Below, in pieces: positions 18,011-28,149 of a DNA stretch of 49,731 nt. A program made the position numbers and the translations under genes. The notes below the pieces were generated by a model. It searched no databases. It saw nothing but the letters and a program-made list of their open reading frames with translations, and was not told the DNA's origin. Each line of letters opens with the position of its first letter. The stretch's first letter is position 1. The stretch spans positions 1 through 49,731 of the forward strand of contig JAHIUE010000080.1 of assembly GCA_018817205.1 (NCBI GenBank), in the 5' to 3' direction. This stretch comes from Patescibacteria group bacterium. Its GTDB lineage: Bacteria > Patescibacteriota > Microgenomatia > Daviesbacterales > UBA10151.

Positions 18011-19104
18011 GTTGCTTGTTTTGAAATATTAAGTAAAATTCCCACTGCAGTCAAATTGGCAACCAAGGCTGATCCTCCATAAGAGATAAAAGGAAGTGGT
18101 ACTCCGGTTAAAGGCAGAAGGGCGGTCATTGATGATAAATTAATAATTACCTGAATCCCCAACCATGATATTAAACCCAAAGCCAGTATTTTACCGAAAT
18201 TGTCAGAAGCATTTTGGGCAATCTTAAATCCTCTAATTAAAATAAAGGCAAAAGCAACTATAACCAAGGTCCCTCCTACAAATCCCAATTCTTCTCCGAT
18301 TATTCCAAATATTGAATCTGTTGAAACCTCCGGGATATATTCAAACTTCTGCCGGGAATGCCCAAGTCCCAACCCCATAAGTCCCCCGGAACCTAAAGCT
18401 ATGAGTACTTGAGAAATATGATAGGTGAAACCTTGCGGATCGGAAAACGGATCAAGGAATGCCAAGATTCTTTTGCTTCTATACCCTGAAGTTAATATCA
18501 GAAGAATAAATCCAACTCCTCCAAGGGGAAGGATAAGACTAAGATGCCAAATTGACCCTCCGGCAGCAAAATATACGGCAATAGCTGTTGCCACAAAAAC
18601 TATTGTCGATCCCAAATCCTTCTGTAAAATTGCAGTAATTACCGAGACTACTGCGACAAGAATTATAAATGGGAGCCATTTTGCTTTTTTTTCAAAAATT
18701 GCCGCAAGGTATATAGTCCCGGTCAATTTAATAATTTCAGCCGGCTGTATGGTAATAGGTCCCAATTTAAGCCATCTATGCGCTCCCCCGCCCGATACCC
18801 CCAAGCCCGGGATAAAAACCGCCAATAGCGCAAGCAGTGACATAACCAAGAAAGGAAATGATAAAACCTTAAATTTTTTGTAATCGAATCCCGCAAAGAA
18901 ACTTAAGGAAATTACACCTAAACCCGCCCATAGCAACTGTTGTCTAATATAATAGTAGCTGTCTTTAAAATCCTTCAGGCCTTGTACAGCCGAAGCGTCA
19001 TAAACCATCAACAGTCCAAAAACCACTAAAGCCAAAGTTATCAAAAGGAGAGGAATATCTATTTGCCGCTTCTGTAATTGTAGTTTACTTTTGGGAAGAT
19101 TCAT
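18007..19104 (-). CDS. ftsW: Cell division protein FtsW (SEDS)
   Basis: GLLMVYDAS, QPAEIIK, QKDLG, TDSIF, GVPLPFISYGGS; start at 19104 overlaps the mraY stop. Confidence 0.93.
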   Translation of the reverse strand: MNLPKSKLQLQKRQIDIPLLLITLALVVFGLLMVYDASAVQGLKDFKDSYYYIRQQLLWAGLGVISLSFFAGFDYKKFKVLSFPFLVMSLLALLAVFIPGLGVSGGGAHRWLKLGPITIQPAEIIKLTGTIYLAAIFEKKAKWLPFIILVAVVSVITAILQKDLGSTIVFVATAIAVYFAAGGSIWHLSLILPLGGVGFILLILTSGYRSKRILAFLDPFSDPQGFTYHISQVLIALGSGGLMGLGLGHSRQKFEYIPEVSTDSIFGIIGEELGFVGGTLVIVAFAFILIRGFKIAQNASDNFGKILALGLISWLGIQVIINLSSMTALLPLTGVPLPFISYGGSALVANLTAVGILLNISKQAT

Positions 19105-20108
19105 CTTGAGAGTAAAGCAATCCATAAACCTAAAATAGCAAACATCCCCTGGGCTAACCAAAACCTGGTCACAATCTTTGGTTCTTCCCAACCGATGTAT
19201 TTAAAATACATATGAATGGGGGAAATGGGAAATATTTTCTTCTTAAGGATTTTTTTAGAAAGAATCTGCAAAAGAGAAGACGAAACGATAATTACGAACA
19301 TGCCGCCAATTATCGCCAAAGCCAAAATTTTCCCCGTCAAAAGACCGACAACAGCGAGTGTTGCCCCAAAAGCAAAAGCTCCCCCGTCTCCCAAAAAAAT
19401 TCTGGCAGGCCAGATATTAAAATATAGAAATGCAAAAAGAAGCCCAATCCAAATTCCGATAAACGACGCCAGCGTCAAGTCTAAACCTTGAACGGTAAGA
19501 GCTAAAAATGCAAACAAACAAATAAGCAAAAGCCCTGCCGATAAACCGTCCAGTCCATCTGAAATATTGTAGGCATTTGCAAAAGCTACTATCACGAAAG
19601 CCGCCAGGGGTACGTACCAAAGATTAATAATAAAATTCCCCAGACCGGAAATATAAATATTATTTAATCCGCCGATAAAATAGAGCATCATTCCGATAAT
19701 AAGCGCAAGACCAAGTTGCAGAATTAACATTTTTCTCCTGCCTAATCCTAAAAATTTTCCTTTTCTTCTTGTTAGTATTAGTTTAATATCATCACAAAGC
19801 CCCAAAGACCCAAAAGAGACCAAGGTAAAGAGCAAAATCATCAAGGCAACTTTGTCAATAGAAGGACTAAAAAGAGTATATCCAAAAGACAATATTATCA
19901 AAATCAAGATAAGGAGTATCCCTGCGCCTGTCGGCGTATTTTCATCCTCTTTCATCAACTCATCGTGTATTGGAGTTTCCGAAGTTTTTACCTCTTTTTG
20001 GATACGCTCGAAACGTCTCTTGAGATAAAAGAGCAAATCAATAAATGGAACCATGAAAATTGAGGTAACTATAAACGATAATAAAACTAAACCTAAAAGC
20101 AGTGTCAT
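19101..20108 (-). CDS. mraY: Phospho-MurNAc-pentapeptide transferase
   Basis: TPTGAG, CDD, NAYNISDGLDGL, FNIWPARIFLGDGG, PIH. Confidence 0.94.
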   Translation of the reverse strand: MTLLLGLVLLSFIVTSIFMVPFIDLLFYLKRRFERIQKEVKTSETPIHDELMKEDENTPTGAGILLILILIILSFGYTLFSPSIDKVALMILLFTLVSFGSLGLCDDIKLILTRRKGKFLGLGRRKMLILQLGLALIIGMMLYFIGGLNNIYISGLGNFIINLWYVPLAAFVIVAFANAYNISDGLDGLSAGLLLICLFAFLALTVQGLDLTLASFIGIWIGLLFAFLYFNIWPARIFLGDGGAFAFGATLAVVGLLTGKILALAIIGGMFVIIVSSSLLQILSKKILKKKIFPISPIHMYFKYIGWEEPKIVTRFWLAQGMFAILGLWIALLSR

Positions 20109-21301
20109 TTTTTAGTAATCCTTTTAACAACCTCATCCAGTCTTATAGCTCTTGATCCTTTAATGAGGCAAATATCCCCTTTGACTAAGGTCTTTAAAAG
20201 TTGCGAAACAAGTTGAGAATTTTGTAAGTTAACCTGTAACCGTTCCTCCCAAAAACCCAAACTTTTAAGTTCGTCTGCGATAATTTGAGTCTCTCCCTGT
20301 CCTAAAAATACTAAATCCAACTTTTCTTTATAGATTTTTTGTGCAATTTGCCTATAGAGCTCGTCTGAGTATGACCCAAGCTCTCTCATCTCACCCAAAA
20401 CAAGGATTCTTCTTCTCGCCGGAATTGCCAGTAAAGTATCAACGGCACCCTCCAAAGCTGCAGGGGAACAATTGTACGTATCGTCCAAAAGCACCGAACC
20501 ATTCGGACCCGGCATAACTTGCATGCGGTGCTCTAAAGGCTCAACCTTCTCCAAGGCAAATTTTATTTTCGTCAACGGAATATCATTAACCACTCCCAGA
20601 GCTGCCGCCGCCAGGACCGGGTATATCTGATGCAATCCCAAAAGTTTCATGTTTACTTTCGCCCTCTCTACACCAAAATTCAACTCAAAACTGGTGGCGA
20701 AGTTTTCAATTTTTATGTTTCCCGCCCAAACCATACAGGTATTAGCATCTGTTCCAAAGTAAATTACGTTTCCCTTGCAAACCTGACCTAATTCCCGACA
20801 GTAGGAGTCATCCCAGTTTAATATCGCGACTCCATCTTTATCCAAACTTTCAACTAATTTCCCTTTTTCCTGTAATATTTCATTTATCCCTCCCAAAAAT
20901 TCGTTATGCGCATAAGAAATCTTTGTCACAATTGCCGTCTTGGGACGGACAAGCGATAGATAAAAATCCATCTCTCCTTTATATTCAATCCCCATCTCAA
21001 GAACTACCCTCTTTACGGAAGGATTAAGTTTCAAAAGAGTAGAGGGAATATTTAAAACCGGATCCAAATTCTGTTTAGTTGCCAGAGTTTTATATTTTTG
21101 AGAAAGTACCGCCTGGGAGGCTGCAACACACGTAGTTTTCCCTACAGATCCGGTCACTCCGATAAATCTTTCATCCGGGTACAATTTGGCATATTGTCTA
21201 GCCAAATATATCCGCAGTATATGAAATGGTTTTTTCAGTGTCGGGATCTTTGTTTTATAGGGAGTCACTTGATCCCAAATAGGATGCTTCGTAATATCCA
21301 C
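20105..21301 (-). CDS. murF: MurF-like Mur ligase
   Basis: GVTGSVGKTT, LEMG, DDTYNCSP, LGEMRELG, LIKGSR. Confidence 0.88.
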   Translation of the reverse strand: MDITKHPIWDQVTPYKTKIPTLKKPFHILRIYLARQYAKLYPDERFIGVTGSVGKTTCVAASQAVLSQKYKTLATKQNLDPVLNIPSTLLKLNPSVKRVVLEMGIEYKGEMDFYLSLVRPKTAIVTKISYAHNEFLGGINEILQEKGKLVESLDKDGVAILNWDDSYCRELGQVCKGNVIYFGTDANTCMVWAGNIKIENFATSFELNFGVERAKVNMKLLGLHQIYPVLAAAALGVVNDIPLTKIKFALEKVEPLEHRMQVMPGPNGSVLLDDTYNCSPAALEGAVDTLLAIPARRRILVLGEMRELGSYSDELYRQIAQKIYKEKLDLVFLGQGETQIIADELKSLGFWEERLQVNLQNSQLVSQLLKTLVKGDICLIKGSRAIRLDEVVKRITKK

Positions 21302-21309
21302 AGCAAATA

Positions 21310-22572
21310 TTATACATCAACCCTCTCTATATCTGCTCCAATACTAGTCAATTTCCCTACCACATCCTCATATCCCCTCTCTATAAGCTCCGCTTGATTA
21401 ATAATGCTTTTTCCTTTTGCTGCAAGCGCCGCCATCACTAAAGCCATGCCTGCTCTAATATCGGGAGTTGCCAAGATTCGCCCCCGTAACCTACTTGGTC
21501 CTGAAACAAGAACCCTATGCGGATCACACAGAGTAATCTTGGCTCCCATGGTAATCAACTTATCTGTAAAAAACATCCTACCTTCATACATCCAGTCATG
21601 ACATAGCGTTACCCCTTTTGCTTGAGTTGCCAAAACTATCGCTACACTCATAAGATCTGTTGGAAACCCGGGCCAAATATTAGTCATAAGCTTTGAAACG
21701 GAATGAAGTTTAGACGGATGAACCGTTATTTCATTATCCTGCCTTGTTATCTGAATGCCAAAACTTTTCATAGGCTCTAAGATAGGATCCAGAAACAACT
21801 CCCTAATGCCTTGTATCTTAATTTCTCCTCCGGTAATGGCTCCTGCGACAATATAAGTCCCTAACTCTATGTAATCTGCTCCTATCTTAAACCTGGTCCC
21901 TCTCAAATTCTCAACCCCGCAAATTACCAAAGTTTCCCCTCCAATCCCTTCTATTTTTGCGCCCATACAGGTAAGCATTTTGCACAAATCTACAATATGC
22001 GGTTCTTTAGCGCAATTTCTCAAGATAATGGTTTTTTTACCCAAAACAGAAACCAATATTAAATTTTCTGTTGCAGTAACCGATGCTTCCCTTAAGAAAA
22101 CTTCACAGTCTTTTTGGTCTTTATTTTGTTCGAAAAACAAACTAAACCTCTGTTCGTTTTTTGTAAGTTTTGCCCCTAATGCTTTGAAACCTTCAAGATG
22201 AGTCTCAATACTCCTCCTACCTATAACATCTCCTCCCGGATGATAAAAATTAACCTTTCTTAATCTTCCAAGAAGTGCCCCGACCAAACAGATTGAACCT
22301 CTAAGCTTTACCATTAAATCTCCCGGTAAGCTGAACTTTTTGATATCATAAGCTGTAATTTTTATCTCGGAGCCTTTTTGGATTACCCTTACACCTAATT
22401 TTTTTAGAATCTCCACTAAAACCTGTGTATCTTTCAAATCGGAAATATTTTCCAGAACAACTTCTTCGCTCGTCAGAAGAGCTGCCGCAAAACATGGGAA
22501 AACCGAGTTTTTATTTCCGGAGAGATTAACAGTTCCGGAAAGTTTATGTCCGCCGCAAATTTTGTATTTCAT
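21310..22572 (-). CDS. murA: UDP-GlcNAc 1-carboxyvinyltransferase (Asp-type active site)
   Basis: SGNKNS, PGGDVIGRR, SVTATEN, WPGFPTD, DIRAG, IERGYE. Confidence 0.96.
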   Translation of the reverse strand: MKYKICGGHKLSGTVNLSGNKNSVFPCFAAALLTSEEVVLENISDLKDTQVLVEILKKLGVRVIQKGSEIKITAYDIKKFSLPGDLMVKLRGSICLVGALLGRLRKVNFYHPGGDVIGRRSIETHLEGFKALGAKLTKNEQRFSLFFEQNKDQKDCEVFLREASVTATENLILVSVLGKKTIILRNCAKEPHIVDLCKMLTCMGAKIEGIGGETLVICGVENLRGTRFKIGADYIELGTYIVAGAITGGEIKIQGIRELFLDPILEPMKSFGIQITRQDNEITVHPSKLHSVSKLMTNIWPGFPTDLMSVAIVLATQAKGVTLCHDWMYEGRMFFTDKLITMGAKITLCDPHRVLVSGPSRLRGRILATPDIRAGMALVMAALAAKGKSIINQAELIERGYEDVVGKLTSIGADIERVDV

Positions 22573-22584
22573 GTAACTTTTGCC

Positions 22585-23172
22585 TTACCTTTTTAAGGCA
22601 CGTATCCTAAATAGTGCCGAAATTATTATATGCTTTTTAGGGCTTAAAATTCCGGGACTAATCTCTGCTATTTCAGACTTCAGATCTAATATTTTAATAC
22701 TTTTGGTGCGGTTTTGCAAAAACCTACTCACAAACAGAGCACCGCCAATTGAACCCGGAACGCCTGCAAAATCTATACTCTCCAAACCTTGGGTATCTAA
22801 ATATTCCATGAACCGCTTTATACTTACTCCCGAATCGACTTCTACCAATGCCTCATCGACCCCAATGCCATATTTGGTAACTTTGCCCTTGACCGAAACG
22901 GTTTGTATATTTTTAGTCCTGTTTTTAATAACCAGACCATCAAAACCTTGATCCGATATCATAATTTTACTCCCCGTTCCAAAGAGTAAAAAAGGCAAAT
23001 TCAAATCTCTTGCGAGATTAATGATTTTAATAAGCTCTTGGGTAACAAAAACAATAAAAAATAATTTGGCAGGCCCGCCAACTTCTGTGGCAAAATACTG
23101 CTTTAAAGGCTCGTTAAATTTGAACCTTTCTTTACCGAAAGAATCAATTAGTAGCTTAAATTTGCTTTCCAT
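22585..23172 (-). CDS. murB: MurB-like FAD-binding protein lacking the C-terminal domain
   Basis: VGGPA, GTGSKI..SDQGFDGLVI, GVPGSIGGA; only 195 aa. Confidence 0.75.
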   Translation of the reverse strand: MESKFKLLIDSFGKERFKFNEPLKQYFATEVGGPAKLFFIVFVTQELIKIINLARDLNLPFLLFGTGSKIMISDQGFDGLVIKNRTKNIQTVSVKGKVTKYGIGVDEALVEVDSGVSIKRFMEYLDTQGLESIDFAGVPGSIGGALFVSRFLQNRTKSIKILDLKSEIAEISPGILSPKKHIIISALFRIRALKR

Positions 23173-24352
23173 CTAAAGCTTTTTTCACCGCTTCAAAATC
23201 TGACCAGGGTATTTCTTTTTTACCATCTAAATTCATCGAGTCTTCATGTCCTTTGCCGAAAATCCCAACTATGTCTCCTTTTCTGGCAATTTTATTTATG
23301 GCAAATTTTATCGCTTCTTGCCTATCATCTATCACAAAAAAATTTATCCCAATTTTTGCTCCTGCCCTCCTGGTACCTTTAATAATTTGGGTATTTATAA
23401 CTTCCAATTGCCCCCTGGGATCAACTGCAGTTATTATTACACAGTCAGAAAGCTTTTGAGCGATTTCTCCCATAATGCTTCTTTTCCCAACATCCCTATC
23501 CCCCTCGCAACCAATCAGGGAAATCAATCTACCGTCGGTTTGGCAACGCAGAGTATGCAAAACCTGTTGCAGTCCATTTGGAGTATGGGCAAAATCAATA
23601 AAGATTTTTATCCCCTTGTTATTTCTTACCTCGTCCATCCTGCCTTTAATCCCTGCAAAATTCTCAAGAGCATTTTTGGCCATAGTTTTATCAATGCCTA
23701 AGGCAAAGGCAGAGGCAAAAGAACACAGAGCATTTTCAATATTATAATCCCCGGGAATTTTTAGTTTAAGCATAATTTGCTTCTGATTGAAATCGCCTTC
23801 TTCCAAACCAAAAGTAAAACTATCTTCCCCTTTAAATTTTAAATCCTCATTAACAATTTTAAATTTGCAATTCTCAAGTAAGCCTAATTTAGTTTTGGCG
23901 TAACTGCCCATACTTTTATGATAATCCAAATGTTCATGGGTAATATTGGTTATAACTCCAACATCAAACTTAATCCCCCAAAACCTGTACTGATCCAAAG
24001 CATGCGAAGTTACTTCAAGTATTAAATATTCACTACCTTGATCTTTAGCCTTTTTTGCAAATTTTTGCACCATAAATGGATCAGGGGAGGTAACATGAAA
24101 GCCTGTATCATAAACCTTATCTCCGATAACAGCATTAATTGTTGAAACCATTGAAACTTTTTTTCCGGCCGCTTTTAAGATTTGATAAATCATATTGACA
24201 GTAGTAGTTTTCCCATCTGTCCCTGTCACCCCAATTACTTTCATTCCCCCAGTAGGGGAGCCATAATAAATATTTGCCAAAATAGCCATTGGCAAATGAT
24301 AAAAAATATTAATTGTCCGTTGAGACAGAATCTCTTTAATTAATTTCTTCAT
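23156..24352 (-). CDS. murE: MurE-like Mur ligase
   Basis: GVTGTDGKTT, LEVTSH, TNITHEHLDYH, DFAHTP, GKGHE. Confidence 0.92.
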   Translation of the reverse strand: MKKLIKEILSQRTINIFYHLPMAILANIYYGSPTGGMKVIGVTGTDGKTTTVNMIYQILKAAGKKVSMVSTINAVIGDKVYDTGFHVTSPDPFMVQKFAKKAKDQGSEYLILEVTSHALDQYRFWGIKFDVGVITNITHEHLDYHKSMGSYAKTKLGLLENCKFKIVNEDLKFKGEDSFTFGLEEGDFNQKQIMLKLKIPGDYNIENALCSFASAFALGIDKTMAKNALENFAGIKGRMDEVRNNKGIKIFIDFAHTPNGLQQVLHTLRCQTDGRLISLIGCEGDRDVGKRSIMGEIAQKLSDCVIITAVDPRGQLEVINTQIIKGTRRAGAKIGINFFVIDDRQEAIKFAINKIARKGDIVGIFGKGHEDSMNLDGKKEIPWSDFEAVKKALDGKQI

Positions 24353-24376
24353 TGAGCCATATTATATAACAGAAAC

Positions 24377-26074
24377 TTATTCCGAGGGGGCGATGTTGTA
24401 ATAAATAAAAAGCTGTTTGGCAATTTCAAAGAAAGTGGGGGCTGCTGTTTCCGAACCAAAAATAGAAGACGAAGGCTCATCATATCTAACCAGCATCACA
24501 AATTTGGGATTATCTGCCGGCGCAAAACCGACAAAGGAAGCAATAGTTTTATCAGCATCATAATGTCCGGCAACCGGAATCTGGGCAGTACCTGTTTTGC
24601 CGGCCACCTTGAAACCTTTAGTTTTAGTAAATCTTGCTTCCCCTTCTTCGACAGCAGCCACCATCATCTCTTTTATAATTTCGGCTGTAGAATCTTTAAT
24701 TACTTGTCTTATAATCTTTGGTTTTATTTCAAAAGTACTATTTTCATCTTTAATTTCCCTTACTATATGCGATTCCATTAAATTGCCGCCATTGGCTATA
24801 GCTGCAACTGCCCGTATCATCTGGATCGGAGTCACAGCAATACCCTGACCAAATGAGGCTGTTGCCAAATCTATTTCCCTCCAGTTATTTTTGGATCTAA
24901 TCTCCGGAGATGATTCATCCTGCAAATCAATATTCGTAAGCCGACCAAATCCAAAGTTCTCAAGATACGAATAAAATTTATCTAAACCCAACTGCCGTCC
25001 GACAAAAACCATCCCGGTATTGTCTGAATGAATAATTACATCTTTCATAGAAGTTTGCGGAAAATACTTGTTATTCCAAGTTCTTATACTAAATCCCCCA
25101 ACTGAAATTGGTCCGGAGCATATGTCACATTTTGTATCGGGCTTAACCACATCTTCATTTATTGCAGCGGCCATCACCAAAACCTTAAAAGTCGACCCGG
25201 GTTCGTATTGATCGGCTACCACAGAATTCTTAAAATACTCCTTTGGGAATGAAAAATACCTTGACGGATCGTAATTAGGAAAGGAGGCTAATGCCAAAAT
25301 ATCTCCGCTTTTAGGATCCATTATCACAACCGAACCAACTCTGGCTCCGTATTTCTCAATTCCTGCTTTCAATTCTTCCTCGGCAATAAATTGCACACTA
25401 CGGTCAATTGATAAAACCAAATCCTTTCCTTTTTTTGCTTCATTCGTTGAGAAATTCCCGATTAGTATGGGTAAACCCAATGCGTCTTTTTCATGCCTGA
25501 CTAGCCCGGAAATACCTTTCAATTCTCCATCGTAAAAGCCCTCCAGCCCGAAATAACCTTTTTTTAATCCTTTTTCATCATAGCCTACAAAACCCAAAAG
25601 ATGGGCAGACGATGAACCTTCAGGGTAAAACCTGGTTGTTCCCTGTTCAAAACCAATCCCGGTAATATTTAGTTCATCAATCTGTTTCTTTTGTTCAACC
25701 GAAACATTATTTGCCAACCTAACCCAATAAAGATCCTGCGAGAGTTTATCTATTATATTCTTTGCCGCAGCGTCAATTTCTTCTAAAGACGGGGATAAAA
25801 TTTTTGCCAGCAAATACGAGTAGTTTAATATCTCATCGGATTTGATGGTTTTTGGTAAACCGTAAAGAGTAAAAGACGGATTCGAGGAAGCAACCGGCGA
25901 ACCATCGGAGAAAAAAATATTTCCGCGGGTCGCCTCTATTTTTATATCGGTAAAATACTGGAACTCGGCTTGAGACTGTAAAAGAGGAGCCTTAATAATC
26001 TGCCAATAAAATAGGCGGAGGATTATTGCAGTTAAAAAAAATAAAAAAAATATTCTGATCCAAAATATTCGCAT
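24377..26074 (-). CDS. ftsI: Class B penicillin-binding protein (FtsI/PBP3-like)
   Basis: RGNI, RFYP, EPGSTFK (SxxK), SDN, GKTGTAQ. Confidence 0.92.
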   Translation of the reverse strand: MRIFWIRIFFLFFLTAIILRLFYWQIIKAPLLQSQAEFQYFTDIKIEATRGNIFFSDGSPVASSNPSFTLYGLPKTIKSDEILNYSYLLAKILSPSLEEIDAAAKNIIDKLSQDLYWVRLANNVSVEQKKQIDELNITGIGFEQGTTRFYPEGSSSAHLLGFVGYDEKGLKKGYFGLEGFYDGELKGISGLVRHEKDALGLPILIGNFSTNEAKKGKDLVLSIDRSVQFIAEEELKAGIEKYGARVGSVVIMDPKSGDILALASFPNYDPSRYFSFPKEYFKNSVVADQYEPGSTFKVLVMAAAINEDVVKPDTKCDICSGPISVGGFSIRTWNNKYFPQTSMKDVIIHSDNTGMVFVGRQLGLDKFYSYLENFGFGRLTNIDLQDESSPEIRSKNNWREIDLATASFGQGIAVTPIQMIRAVAAIANGGNLMESHIVREIKDENSTFEIKPKIIRQVIKDSTAEIIKEMMVAAVEEGEARFTKTKGFKVAGKTGTAQIPVAGHYDADKTIASFVGFAPADNPKFVMLVRYDEPSSSIFGSETAAPTFFEIAKQLFIYYNIAPSE

Positions 26075-26370
26075 CAGCGAATATATTGTATACTTTCAGG
26101 GGCAGAAAAACCAAGTTCAGCGGATTTGCTGGATATGTTTTGAAGAGATTTGTTTTTCGCTATTTCATTTTCCAACATCTGATTTTCCGTATTTAGAGTT
26201 ATTGTCAAATCCGATAACTTTTTTAACTTATCTCCATATGTCACTATATTATTACTGACCCAAATCTCAACCAACATAAGTATGAAGATCCCCGACAAAG
26301 CTAAACCTATATATTTTTTGGGGAAGCCCTTATTTGATTCCTCCGGCTCAAATTTTTGTATTATAGTCAT
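26074..26370 (-). CDS. FtsL-like bitopic coiled-coil protein
   Basis: TM + leucine-zipper-like segment + AELGF; position between rsmH and ftsI. Confidence 0.7.
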   Translation of the reverse strand: MTIIQKFEPEESNKGFPKKYIGLALSGIFILMLVEIWVSNNIVTYGDKLKKLSDLTITLNTENQMLENEIAKNKSLQNISSKSAELGFSAPESIQYIR

Positions 26371-27227
26371 ATTCTAAATATTCTCATCTTGGCCGATCTG
26401 GATCTCGGATTTTGGGCAATTTCACTATCTTCAGGCACTACCGGTTTCTTGGTCAAAGTCTCTCCTAATCCTTCAAGCTGCCATTTTTTAAAAGTATTTT
26501 TAACTATCCTGTCTTCCAATGAATGAAAGCTAATAACAACTATCCTGCCATCTCTTTCGATTAAATTTTTAACTCTATCAAGTCCCTCCTTTAGTGCACC
26601 CAATTCATCATTAACCGCCATCCTTAAGGCTTGAAAAATCCGGGTAGCGGGATGAATTTTCTCCCTTCTGTATCCCACTACTTTCTCAACAATATTAGCC
26701 AAATCTTTTGTTGTCTCTATTTCACGGGCGCCAACCAAAGCATCAGCCAAGCGCCAAGAATATTTTTCTTCACCCAAGCCATGAAATAATTCATAAAGCT
26801 CCTTTCTTGTAAGTACTCGCAACAAATCCAAAGCTTTAACTGCTAATTTTGGATCCATTCGCATATCCAAGGGGCCAACTTTTCCAAAAGAAAAACCCCT
26901 TTCCGGGGTTTCCAGCTGCAGACTTGAAACCCCAAGATCAAAAATTACACCTGCGAATCTTTGATCTACAGTTTCCGTCTGATCTCTAAAATTACCTAAA
27001 ATTAACTTATACTTACTCTTACTTATTCCTTCTTCCTCAAACCTTTTTTTCACTCTTTCCAAAGCCTCAGGATCAATATCTATCCCTACAATATTCCCAC
27101 CCAGTTTTAAAATCCCCAAACTATGACCGCCATCGCCTAAAGTACAATCTAAGTACCACTTTCCCTTTTCTACATCCAAAGCTTCTACTACTTCCTTAAG
27201 AAGAACGGACCTGTGATATCCTTCCAA
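26367..27227 (-). CDS. rsmH: 16S rRNA m4C1402 methyltransferase
   Basis: DCTLGDGGHS, DLGVSS.QL, LDMRMD, HPATRIFQALR, SFHSLEDR, NPRSRSAK. Confidence 0.97.
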   Translation of the reverse strand: MEGYHRSVLLKEVVEALDVEKGKWYLDCTLGDGGHSLGILKLGGNIVGIDIDPEALERVKKRFEEEGISKSKYKLILGNFRDQTETVDQRFAGVIFDLGVSSLQLETPERGFSFGKVGPLDMRMDPKLAVKALDLLRVLTRKELYELFHGLGEEKYSWRLADALVGAREIETTKDLANIVEKVVGYRREKIHPATRIFQALRMAVNDELGALKEGLDRVKNLIERDGRIVVISFHSLEDRIVKNTFKKWQLEGLGETLTKKPVVPEDSEIAQNPRSRSAKMRIFRI

Positions 27228-27621
27228 GTTTTACCTCCACTTCCTTAATATGCTTTTTCCAAAGTTTTGTATCCCAGATCTCAAAATGATCACCGGCCCC
27301 GATTACTGTAACTTCATTCCTAACGCTAGCAAAATCAAGCAGGGCGGACGGTATGATAATTCGACCTTGAGCGTCCAACTCCACCGGTTCGCTGCTACTA
27401 AATAGGTATCTGCGCATATACCTGGCCCGTTCTTCTGTTGCTGGTATTTCAAGCTGCTTTTTAGCCGTACCTTCAAAATCTTTTAAATCAAACCCCCAAA
27501 TGCATTTTTCAAAGCCTCTTGTTAATATAACTACCTTATCTGTAAGTTCTTCCCTAAATTTGTAAGGCAAGACAATCCTGCCACGGCCAGTAAATTTAAC
27601 CTGATATTCGCCCAAAAACAT
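27196..27621 (-). CDS. mraZ: Transcriptional regulator MraZ
   Basis: MFLGEY..GRIVLP, LDAQGRIIIP, GAGDHFEIW. Confidence 0.96.
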   Translation of the reverse strand: MFLGEYQVKFTGRGRIVLPYKFREELTDKVVILTRGFEKCIWGFDLKDFEGTAKKQLEIPATEERARYMRRYLFSSSEPVELDAQGRIIIPSALLDFASVRNEVTVIGAGDHFEIWDTKLWKKHIKEVEVKLGRISQVRSS

Positions 27622-27652
27622 GAGGACATCCTCTTTCTGGGCAGAATATTAA

Positions 27653-27704
27653 CCATTTTTCACCATCTATAACCATTCTCCGCCATTTTACACACACTTG
27701 TCAA
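27653..27704 (-). promoter_or_regulatory. mraZ promoter with four ATGG boxes at 10-bp spacing
   Basis: CCAT on + at 27653, 27663, 27673 and 27683; TTGACA on - at 27704-27699. Confidence 0.75.
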
Positions 27705-27790
27705 GCCCCAAAACTCTTTGAGTAATCCAACATGAAATCGCAATGTAAGGAAATAAAAAACTTACTTTTAGGGTTAATTAAGCTGCTCTC

Positions 27791-28096
27791 TTAAGACATC
27801 TTGAGGGAGGCCGGACGTACATTCTCAATGAAACTCCGTAACTCTTCATGAGCAATCGCTACCACTTCACTTTTTGATTGTCCCGGCCAAGGAATAATAG
27901 ATCTCGTTCCAAGAAAAGCTATTACATGCTCATAATGCTGATCAAGATAACCACCCACTCCCCTTAGCTTTCCTTCTCGCATTGCTTCAGGTAATCCAAT
28001 TAGATCTTTAAAGATTTGTTCAGCTTCACTAACTCCCGGAATTCGTTCAACTTTTTCCGTTATAGCCGGCGGTAAACCTGGTTTTCTTTCTAACAT
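27791..28096 (-). CDS. Hypothetical protein
   Basis: 101 aa ORF preceded by TTGACA-17-TATACT 6 nt before the ATG. Confidence 0.65.
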   Translation of the reverse strand: MLERKPGLPPAITEKVERIPGVSEAEQIFKDLIGLPEAMREGKLRGVGGYLDQHYEHVIAFLGTRSIIPWPGQSKSEVVAIAHEELRSFIENVRPASLKMS

Positions 28097-28149
28097 GCTG
28101 GTAGTATATCTAAATAATTTTGATTTGTCAAACTATGAGATGAAAAAAG

